A stretch of 64,000 bases of DNA from a virus: positions 20,569 to 84,568 of the IMG/VR virus record IMGVR_UViG_3300033146_000244; one strand, given 5' to 3'. Positions 20,113 to 27,881 of the stretch are shown here, one piece after another. The notes beneath the pieces were generated by a model, which was not told the origin of the DNA, searched no databases, and worked only from the letters and a program-made list of their open reading frames with translations. The translations under genes and the position numbers were made by a program. The stretch's first letter is position 1. Each line of letters opens with the position of its first letter.

Positions 20113-22281
20113 CTAATGTCCCCATGTATCTTGTATTACGGGTTCTGCTTTCATAGGCACTATCTCACAGAATAAAGCACCCGCATCTTCCATAGCACTT
20201 TTTACATCTAATGCCAACCATTCAGCATCTTCCTCCTTACATGAACTTAATATCTCATCATGTATCTCTGCTAAAAGTTTTACGTCTGTATGTAGTGGTG
20301 TGTAACCTTTCGCTATCAATCTCTTCCTCAATAACAATATAGCTATCTTAGTCATATCACCAGCAGTACCTTGTGTTGGTGTATTCATTGACAACCTCTT
20401 ATAGCTGCTATATAATCTTATTAACGCATACAAAGTTTTTTTATTTCCTTTCCAATACTTTGTATTTAATTGCTTATTCTCTAGTAAGCTCTTTAGTAAT
20501 CTTGCCATCTTCTCTCTACCTATACTCTCTATTACTTTCTTATAGTATTCTAAAAACTTGTCGTAGTTTGGTAGCATTCTCTTTCTATGCGTTACCTCAT
20601 TTATCAGTATATACCCCTGCTTAATACTATCTTTCGCTACCTGCGAAAAATAAGCAACCTTCTCAGGAAACACTGCCAGCACACCGTTATATAACTCAGT
20701 AGCCTTCTCTTCCGTTATACTAAAAGATGTAGCTATTGTCTTAATACTCCCACCGTAATCTAGCTTGAAGTTCACTGTTTTAGATAAGTCCCTCTTGTCC
20801 TTATCAAATTCTACACTATAACTAGGTGTCTTCTTACTGATATTTTGAGGTACTCCTTCCAGTATTTCAAATAAGATGTTAGCTACAAAGGAATGCAAGT
20901 CACCGTCACCATTAAGGTAAAAGTCTATTAACTTACTATCCTTACACTTATTAGCTGTAACTACTGATTCTTGACCACTGTAATCACAGTTTATCATTTT
21001 ATAACCCTTTGCAACCCTAAAACAGCTTCTTACTTCCTCGTCATGTGGTATATTCTGTATATTGGGCTTACTACTACTTGTCCTACCAGTAGTGAGTATC
21101 TGCCAATATGAAGCATGCACTCTACCGTTTACAACGAACTTGTTTACAAACTTCACCCCATAAGTAGATATAGCTTTTTTATACTCTCTGTATTTAAGTA
21201 ATATACTAAATATCTCATGTACTGGTATATTCTGAGTTAGTATTGCTTTACTTGTCCCAATCTTTTTCTTACCGTAGTCTTTTAAGTCGGCTCCGTTTAT
21301 CCTACTTAACAACTCTATAAGTTGCTTAGGTGAGTTCCAGTTAGTAGTTGTGTTACCGAACAACCCATATTTGTCAGTACTTACTATCTTTTCTTTTATA
21401 GCAATATCATCTAATTTCTGTCTAGTTTTTAGTATCTTTGTTTTAAAGACACTTCCCAGCTTTAACCAACTTTCTACTACAATAGGCATACCGTTATATT
21501 CCATATCACCTAACCCAAATGATACTTCTGCTTCCATCGTAGGTAAGTCATAATCACAGTCGTCTAGTTTAAATGTATTTCTATAACCATTCTCTCTAAG
21601 TAACCGTTCTTGTTTAACTAGTATCCTACTAGGTGCAACAATGTCCTGTACCGCATATACTATGTGTCTTACAGTAAAAGGTTTTTGACCAATAGTTAAA
21701 AATAACATCGTAGTATCCTTATCCAATGACTCATCAAAGTATCTGTAATAGCTACCTGCCATTGTGAAGTATCCAAATGTAGTTAGCTCAGTAAAGTCGG
21801 TTTTACCCTTATCTCCTGTAGTACCTGCATCTATTATCATATCATTAATACTGGTATCCTCTAATATGTTTAGTACTATACCGTACTGTTTTAACATATT
21901 ATAGTCGTATTTTAAGTTAGTGCCACTCCATCTAATACTTTCTAGCTCCTTTTTTAATAATCTAATATCGTAGTGTCTTGTATCTATTACTACCTGATGT
22001 TCCAGATTTCCAAATTGTAGCATAATCACCTTATCCTTTCTAGGGTCTAAACCAGTAGTCTCTGTATCCAATATTGGTTTTGTGTTGTTTAAAGTAGTTG
22101 GAACTGCGGACAAAGAGTTTACACTATACACTGGGGTACTCATGTAACCTCCTATGAGCTCCTTAGCTTTTCTGGTTATACTTTTCTTATCTAGTGTTAT
22201 AAGCGTAGTGTCTATACCTAATGTATTAACTGCTATATCAGCTACGTTATAGAGGGATTCTCCCCCGTAATAATATATCAT
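20113..22281 (-). CDS. polA: Family A DNA polymerase with 3'-5' exonuclease
   Basis: LDTETTG, NLKYD, YAVQD, TGRTSSSKPNIQNIP, DYSGQE, RxxxKxxNFxxxYG, NTPTQGTAGD, IHDE. Confidence 0.95.
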   Translation of the reverse strand: MIYYYGGESLYNVADIAVNTLGIDTTLITLDKKSITRKAKELIGGYMSTPVYSVNSLSAVPTTLNNTKPILDTETTGLDPRKDKVIMLQFGNLEHQVVIDTRHYDIRLLKKELESIRWSGTNLKYDYNMLKQYGIVLNILEDTSINDMIIDAGTTGDKGKTDFTELTTFGYFTMAGSYYRYFDESLDKDTTMLFLTIGQKPFTVRHIVYAVQDIVAPSRILVKQERLLRENGYRNTFKLDDCDYDLPTMEAEVSFGLGDMEYNGMPIVVESWLKLGSVFKTKILKTRQKLDDIAIKEKIVSTDKYGLFGNTTTNWNSPKQLIELLSRINGADLKDYGKKKIGTSKAILTQNIPVHEIFSILLKYREYKKAISTYGVKFVNKFVVNGRVHASYWQILTTGRTSSSKPNIQNIPHDEEVRSCFRVAKGYKMINCDYSGQESVVTANKCKDSKLIDFYLNGDGDLHSFVANILFEILEGVPQNISKKTPSYSVEFDKDKRDLSKTVNFKLDYGGSIKTIATSFSITEEKATELYNGVLAVFPEKVAYFSQVAKDSIKQGYILINEVTHRKRMLPNYDKFLEYYKKVIESIGREKMARLLKSLLENKQLNTKYWKGNKKTLYALIRLYSSYKRLSMNTPTQGTAGDMTKIAILLLRKRLIAKGYTPLHTDVKLLAEIHDEILSSCKEEDAEWLALDVKSAMEDAGALFCEIVPMKAEPVIQDTWGH

Positions 22282-22514
22282 AATCCTAACATGTATTGCT
22301 TAGCATCTGATGCGTATTGTTCTTCACTCTTAGTTAGCAGTATGTTTGAGTGTATTGCGTTTACTACCTCAGCCATCAAAGCATTATCCATAATCATTGT
22401 AGGTATTTCAACATCGTAAGATTTTTTATACTCTTCTACTGTCATTATTTTAAAGTGTAACCCCTCTGACATATTTAGTACAGCTATTCTCTTGTTTGAT
22501 TTATTTTCTACCAT
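22278..22514 (-). CDS. Hypothetical protein
   Basis: 78-aa ORF overlapping the polA start by 4 nt. Confidence 0.6.
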   Translation of the reverse strand: MVENKSNKRIAVLNMSEGLHFKIMTVEEYKKSYDVEIPTMIMDNALMAEVVNAIHSNILLTKSEEQYASDAKQYMLGL

Positions 22515-22543
22515 TTTATACTATTTAATTAATTTGTATCATG

Positions 22544-22663
22544 CCAACAAGAAGAAAAAACCAAAGAGCTGTATAAACAAGTATAGTAAATTAAACCAAC
22601 CCTCAATTAGGTAAGTCTGTTATTACTGTATGCTTGTTATATACAAACCCTTTGGCTTGTTAG
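22544..22663 (-). ncRNA. Long irregular RNA hairpin (candidate ncRNA or RNase III-type site)
   Basis: Nested inverted repeats ctaacaag/cttgttgg, ccaaagggt/gctctttgg, tgtata/tataca, aacaag/cttgtt, agtaa/ttact, read on the minus strand. Confidence 0.5.
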
Positions 22664-22680
22664 ACTTCTCGTCTATTTTA

Positions 22681-23223
22681 TTACACTTTTCTAAGTGTTT
22701 TATTTTTTGTAGAGACTGCTCTACAATGGTATGTTTCATGGTCTCCATCTAGTATTGATAATAAAGCCTGTGTAGCTTCTTCATTAGAAGTTACTGGTTC
22801 TTTATCGTTATAGACACCAAAAATGTAACCATCTTCGGTTACACTGTTTTTAATCTTATAAGCTAGTTTTAATGACTTTGTAATATTAAGCACATCTGCA
22901 TATACCCCATTGGATAATGCGTGTGTAACTGCTTTCACAAAGCTAGTTACTTCCTTATGTCCTCTATCCTTAATTATTAACACTTCCTCTACGACTGATA
23001 AACTATGAAGAAGGCTCTGTTCTAAGTCCCCACTTAACCCAACTATAACGTCAATAATATAATCAGGCTCTGTATGAGCATTTTTTTTACTATTGTATGG
23101 TTTTAACAGTTTAAAGTATTTTAATATAACCTCTATGGCTATATGTTCTTTACCTTCTATTACATTATAGATTAACTCGTTTAATGCTTCACTGTAATCT
23201 TTTCTTATTTGTGTTACCTCCAT
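22681..23223 (-). CDS. Hypothetical protein
   Basis: 180-aa ORF. Confidence 0.65.
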   Translation of the reverse strand: MEVTQIRKDYSEALNELIYNVIEGKEHIAIEVILKYFKLLKPYNSKKNAHTEPDYIIDVIVGLSGDLEQSLLHSLSVVEEVLIIKDRGHKEVTSFVKAVTHALSNGVYADVLNITKSLKLAYKIKNSVTEDGYIFGVYNDKEPVTSNEEATQALLSILDGDHETYHCRAVSTKNKTLRKV

Positions 23224-23579
23224 AGTTCTTTTAGTTTTGTTATAAATGATTTGTTATTTGTTATTCTTTTTGTATCAGCTTCTATTGCTTCTACAACTAC
23301 TACTATACCGTTTTTTAAATCAGACATGTCCTCTTTAAGGTTGTCTAATTTTATATGCGTAATATCATGTTTGGTTGATAAAGTGTCTATGTATATGGAT
23401 ACTGCATCAAACCTCTTATTCATTTCCTCTTGTAAACTTACTATGTCTTTCTTAGTTGCATAGTCTCTATCAATACTACTAAAAATAGTTGTACTTACAA
23501 TGATAGTAATTATTAGTAATAGTGTAACAGGTATAATGTAACTATTCTTTTTACCCATCCTCTCTTGGTTTATTATCAC
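23214..23579 (-). CDS. Membrane-anchored coiled-coil protein
   Basis: N-terminal TM helix (IIPVTLLLIITIIVSTTIF) followed by heptad repeats. Confidence 0.65.
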   Translation of the reverse strand: MIINQERMGKKNSYIIPVTLLLIITIIVSTTIFSSIDRDYATKKDIVSLQEEMNKRFDAVSIYIDTLSTKHDITHIKLDNLKEDMSDLKNGIVVVVEAIEADTKRITNNKSFITKLKELWR

Positions 23580-23711
23580 CTTGTGTATCTAATTCTGTTA
23601 CTGTCACCAACATAATACTCGGTAATTTTTTAATACCGTCTATTATATAATAAATTGTAATAGCACCGGTGGCTAGTGCTATTATAGATACTGCTTGTTT
23701 AAGGTATTTCA

Positions 23712-24671
23712 TTATCGTTTCTTTTTATATGTACGCTTTTTAACTGCATAGGCTTCATTAATTACAAAGTTATGCCCTTGAAACCAGTATTTAGCTCTTA
23801 GCCCCTCGTAGTATTCACGAACAGTCCCAATATCGTTAATTACTTCTCCTTCCGTGAGCATACGTTCTCTTGTGGCTATACGCTTTTTTATTCTACTTAG
23901 TTTTTTGTTTAGCACAGCTAAATCAATACCAGTAGTAACATCTACCCTATTAAGCAATTCCTGTTCTGTAACGAGCAGCTTACCAAGTTCCAGTAAAGTA
24001 GCACTCTCACCATCAGCCTTTGCTTCATCATGCGCTTGTTGCATATAAGAACAATTAGGTATCTCCTCTCTTGTTACTTTAATTAAATCATACGTACTAA
24101 CTGTCTTTGGCTTTTTTAAAAGCATTCTTTCACGAGTGTATTTTTTAGTCTTCTCCTCGTTTATAGTACTTGTGATAACTTTGTAGTCAGTATTAATGTT
24201 TACGCTGTTTATACGTCTTATCTGTTCAGATGTGCGTAGGAGTAGTTGTTTACGTTTTTCAGCGTATCTCTGATACCGTTTTGTTGCAATGACTATTTTA
24301 CCAACAGTCGCCTCATCTGATACACCTTCTTTGTTAAGTAGTGCTATTACATCAGCTTCTTGTAGTTTCACAAGTTTTGCAGTAACGGTAAATGAGTTAT
24401 TCCATTCCCTCCCTGTGTGTCTTCGCACCATTGCGTTTATCCTGTTATAATTTTCTACAAACAGTTTTGTGGCTCTATTCTGCTCCTCTACGTACTTCTC
24501 TTTGAGTTGTTTTTTAAGAAAGCCTACATGTGGTTTCTTTTTGCTAGCTTTCATTGCTTGCATCCTCAGTTTATTAAGTCCTGCTGCAACTTCTTCTGCT
24601 ACTGTTTCTGCATTGTAAGTGCAACTATTCCACATTTCTTCTAATTCTATTTTATTTACACCTTTTGACAT
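23712..24671 (-). CDS. Basic alpha-helical hypothetical protein
   Basis: 319-aa K/R/E-rich ORF. Confidence 0.65.
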   Translation of the reverse strand: MSKGVNKIELEEMWNSCTYNAETVAEEVAAGLNKLRMQAMKASKKKPHVGFLKKQLKEKYVEEQNRATKLFVENYNRINAMVRRHTGREWNNSFTVTAKLVKLQEADVIALLNKEGVSDEATVGKIVIATKRYQRYAEKRKQLLLRTSEQIRRINSVNINTDYKVITSTINEEKTKKYTRERMLLKKPKTVSTYDLIKVTREEIPNCSYMQQAHDEAKADGESATLLELGKLLVTEQELLNRVDVTTGIDLAVLNKKLSRIKKRIATRERMLTEGEVINDIGTVREYYEGLRAKYWFQGHNFVINEAYAVKKRTYKKKR

Positions 24672-24725
24672 TGTTGTAATATATTATAAATTCCTATTAC
24701 GCATTATTGCGTAGTAGGTACTGTA

Positions 24726-25565
24726 CTATCTGTTGTATGCTTCTTTAATGCTTTTCTTGTATATTCTAGCACCTTTGCTAGGATACTTCGTATCTGTCAT
24801 ATACCCACATAATTGTAAATTTGTAAGTGCTTCTGACCATGAATAAGCATTGATAACACGACTATAACGTAATGTGCCTATACTATACAGCCAGGTCTCG
24901 TTTGGTTTACGAGACCATGCTTTTATAAGTATATTCCCATCGTTACTACTACTTGGTGCATATTTGGTTGTGCCAATTATCTTCAACCAGTTCTCCACTG
25001 ACTCCTCGTAAGAATCAAATACTGCAAAGTAGCTTTTAACTACCGTCCTCTTACCGTCTTCTTCTTCCCAAGTTCTGTATTTAGATTTTCTTTGTCCTTT
25101 GCGAGCTTTCATGCCAAAGATATTATAATTCTTTGCTATCGGTGAGTGCATTACATACCAATACCCATCATCGTTTTTACCCGATGATTCTGTTATAGCC
25201 AGTATGTTTAGTAATATAGCTAAATCCTCCTTAGGCATATTATTAAACAGTGTATCCTTAGCAATAATGGGCATTATAAACTCTTTGAAATCCATAGAGA
25301 ACTCTTCCCTAGTACCTTTCTTAGTTGTATAGCTTCTTAGAGTACTTTCGCTTGTGCTAGCACCAGTATTAACTTCTATTTTATTATCATCTTTTTTAAA
25401 TGGTACTCTCGTAGATAGTAACATTACTGTTAGTATGAATATGCTACTTATGGTACGGTATCTCTCTATTTTATGACCATGCTGTTTAACTAGTTTTATT
25501 ATTTTAATAAGTATTTTACTTATACCCGTTCTTTTCCTCTTGTTGAAATCAATTGATATTTTCAT
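24726..25565 (-). CDS. Membrane-anchored GH73 glucosaminidase/muramidase (FlgJ-like)
   Basis: LAITESSG, YNIFGMKA, TWE...F...DSYEES, GYMTDTKY; TM segment near the N-terminus. Confidence 0.85.
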   Translation of the reverse strand: MKISIDFNKRKRTGISKILIKIIKLVKQHGHKIERYRTISSIFILTVMLLSTRVPFKKDDNKIEVNTGASTSESTLRSYTTKKGTREEFSMDFKEFIMPIIAKDTLFNNMPKEDLAILLNILAITESSGKNDDGYWYVMHSPIAKNYNIFGMKARKGQRKSKYRTWEEEDGKRTVVKSYFAVFDSYEESVENWLKIIGTTKYAPSSSNDGNILIKAWSRKPNETWLYSIGTLRYSRVINAYSWSEALTNLQLCGYMTDTKYPSKGARIYKKSIKEAYNR

Positions 25566-25828
25566 GGCATTCGCTTATTATTAATTGTTTTTAGTCTGCA
25601 TATAAGGTTATTCTTTTTTATCAGTGCATCACCAATACATTTATCTGGGATACGGTCTAACTTACCTCTTAAAACTGATGCAGCTTTATTAAGAGATACA
25701 AATTTTTTCTCACCGTCTATTAGCACGAGAGTTCTTTTAATAACTACGTGCTTCTTTACAGCTCTCTTGGCTGCCCTCTTCTTATTCTTGATGTATTTCT
25801 CTACATCTTTTTGTCTTACACCTGCCAT
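25562..25828 (-). CDS. Basic hypothetical protein (possible NUMOD1-like HTH)
   Basis: KKFVSLNKAASVL motif. Confidence 0.55.
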   Translation of the reverse strand: MAGVRQKDVEKYIKNKKRAAKRAVKKHVVIKRTLVLIDGEKKFVSLNKAASVLRGKLDRIPDKCIGDALIKKNNLICRLKTINNKRMP

Positions 25829-25830
25829 TA

Positions 25831-26154
25831 TTATTGGTTTTTATTTATTAGTACATTCCTTTTATCTCTTCTTGCCTTCTCCCCTACTCGCATAGGTCTT
25901 GGGTCAGTTGTATTAACAACTTTACCAGTTCTTCTGCATATAGCTATTTTAGTAGCATTCCCTCTCTTCTTCTGCGGTTTGTTACGATTACCACCACCAA
26001 AGTAGTTTTTATTTGTAGGGTGTCTGTAACTAATACTACCATCTTCTTCTATTACTTTTACAGCTGTACCTTCTTTCCAAACAACTTTTTCTTTTACTTT
26101 AATTGCTTTTACCTCTTCCCATCGCTTCTGTTCACTTGTTTTAATTTTGCTCAT
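25831..26154 (-). CDS. Basic hypothetical protein
   Basis: 107-aa K/R-rich ORF. Confidence 0.6.
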   Translation of the reverse strand: MSKIKTSEQKRWEEVKAIKVKEKVVWKEGTAVKVIEEDGSISYRHPTNKNYFGGGNRNKPQKKRGNATKIAICRRTGKVVNTTDPRPMRVGEKARRDKRNVLINKNQ

Positions 26155-26303
26155 ATTTATAAGATATTTGATATTCTCCTCTGTATTATTACAGTTTAGA
26201 GTTGTAATATCGGTTTAAAACCACTACGCCACGTTAAGGCTATTACATGTAATGGATTTTAGCAGGAATATCTACAAGCCTGCTAGGGATTTCAACCAGT
26301 GTA

Positions 26304-27344
26304 TTATCTTAAACCAGTGAGCCTATTAAACATTGTTTTGTTTATAAGTGCAGCTGGTTTAACTGTTATTCTTTTAGTATAGTAACTTACATTCTTTATC
26401 ACTTCCACATCATTATTTTGCGTATTGATACCATGTAGCACACTCCTATTTTTATAACACTTGTTACTTTGTTCTTTTCGTATATTGTTAGAGTGGTTAC
26501 TATGTAACCTGTTATGATACATACGTTCTAACCTATCATGTTTCTCTATTAACTTAGTCAGTTTATCATCTAAGTAGTCTTGGTAGAACTTAGGTAATGC
26601 ACGTCTTAATACATTATTAGTTTCTACCCCAGCACTGCAATCACAGACAAATGTATCGCCTGCATACTTCTTTATCTGTGCTTCTAAATCCTTTATAACC
26701 CAATATGCCTTTGTATTACTACTTTTTTTATTACCCTTACTAACTAACTCAGATACCTTAGTTGTTATACCATTATTTAGGTAGTATTCATCACGTCGCA
26801 TATATAAATTTGCTACTTGTAACGCACCACTTGACGATACATACTCGTTATTCACGTTCTTTCTATTTATACCCCAGTTGGTTATTATGTCTAGTTCTTG
26901 TCTGTCTTTAATTACTCTTTTTATTTTATAAACCATTTGATTATAGTTTATTTCTTTTTTACTACGTAGCATCTGTCCCATAAATTTGAATGCCTTGTTG
27001 AAGTTATTAGTATTACTGTACCATCTATCATAGCCTACTATCTTTTTGTTCTCCTTATCTACTATTCTATTTAAGTAGTCGTCTTCTCCCGTATGTTCAA
27101 CTACATACTCATCATCGTATTGCCCAAAGTCTCCCTCTATTGCAAAAAATTCCTCTGCATTTATTATGTTTCTTTCAATTCTGCTATCGTATTGACAGTC
27201 CTTAGTAGAATATATAGGAGTATTACCATAAATAGGGTCTAACTCCTGCTCTACTGCTTCTTCAAATCTATCTTCGTAGTTACTTACTACTCTGGTCTCT
27301 ACTACCCAGTTGTCTTTGTTTATTTTGTTTATATCTATTTTCAT
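26304..27344 (-). CDS. Hypothetical protein
   Basis: Likely start MKIDINK at 27344; the longer start at 27422 runs through the tRNA-like element. Confidence 0.65.
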   Translation of the reverse strand: MKIDINKINKDNWVVETRVVSNYEDRFEEAVEQELDPIYGNTPIYSTKDCQYDSRIERNIINAEEFFAIEGDFGQYDDEYVVEHTGEDDYLNRIVDKENKKIVGYDRWYSNTNNFNKAFKFMGQMLRSKKEINYNQMVYKIKRVIKDRQELDIITNWGINRKNVNNEYVSSSGALQVANLYMRRDEYYLNNGITTKVSELVSKGNKKSSNTKAYWVIKDLEAQIKKYAGDTFVCDCSAGVETNNVLRRALPKFYQDYLDDKLTKLIEKHDRLERMYHNRLHSNHSNNIRKEQSNKCYKNRSVLHGINTQNNDVEVIKNVSYYTKRITVKPAALINKTMFNRLTGLR

Positions 27345-27376
27345 AATGTTACACCTGTTTAATTGGTTAATAATTG

Positions 27377-27445
27377 CAATACAGGTGGGACTTGAACCCA
27401 CATAACTACCGTAGTAGTGCACTATCCTATTTGTGCTACTGTACC
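27377..27445 (-). ncRNA. tRNA-like RNA lacking an anticodon (anticodon loop replaced by C(UACG)G tetraloop)
   Basis: GGTACAG TA GCAC AAATAGGATA GTGC ACTAC TACG GTAGT TAT GTGGG TTCAAGT CCCAC CTGTATT G: 7-bp acceptor stem, U8A9, D-loop GG, canonical T arm. Confidence 0.85.
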
Positions 27446-27460
27446 ATTGATAATTAGTTA

Positions 27461-27850
27461 TTAATTATCAAGCTCTTTAAGCTGTTTTTCAAGCTCTTCT
27501 ACTGTTAATCTTTCTCTTGCTTTTTTTCTTGCATTATACAACTCTTCTACAAGTTCTGCTCTTCTATCTGCTTTATTTTGTTTTATATCATTCTCCTCTA
27601 TTAACACCTCTCTGTACTCAACCAGTTCTCTAACTACTCCTATTTTAAAGGTAAGTTCTTTTACCTTGCTACTAACTTCTCTTTTTTTAGCAAAGAAGCT
27701 ACCCGACTCTCCAAAAGTAGCTAACTCTCTTTCTAAGCCAAGTCCGTAACTTAGTAAGAACCTTGTGGTCATGTTATTTAATTGACTTACATTTAATACT
27801 CCTTTTGATGTACTGAATGATACATTCTTTAATACTGCTTTCTTAATCAT
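27461..27850 (-). CDS. Coiled-coil hypothetical protein
   Basis: 129-aa ORF with FSTSKG.L.V.QL N-terminus, downstream of the 722-aa gene. Confidence 0.65.
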   Translation of the reverse strand: MIKKAVLKNVSFSTSKGVLNVSQLNNMTTRFLLSYGLGLERELATFGESGSFFAKKREVSSKVKELTFKIGVVRELVEYREVLIEENDIKQNKADRRAELVEELYNARKKARERLTVEELEKQLKELDN

Positions 27851-27881
27851 TTTTATTTGTTTTTAATGGTTTGTAGTGTTA

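Noticed and set aside
27345-27422. N-terminal extensions given in the ORF track (also 11709-11747, 13615-13662, 32566-32643, 37638-37688, 56357-56461)
   Set aside because: They overlap RNA structures, leaders or neighbouring genes; downstream ATGs with A-rich leaders fit better.
27377-27445. Functional tRNA with a TAC or ACG anticodon
   Set aside because: The loop is 4 nt and the D-to-T spacing is 5-6 nt too short for a 7-nt anticodon loop.
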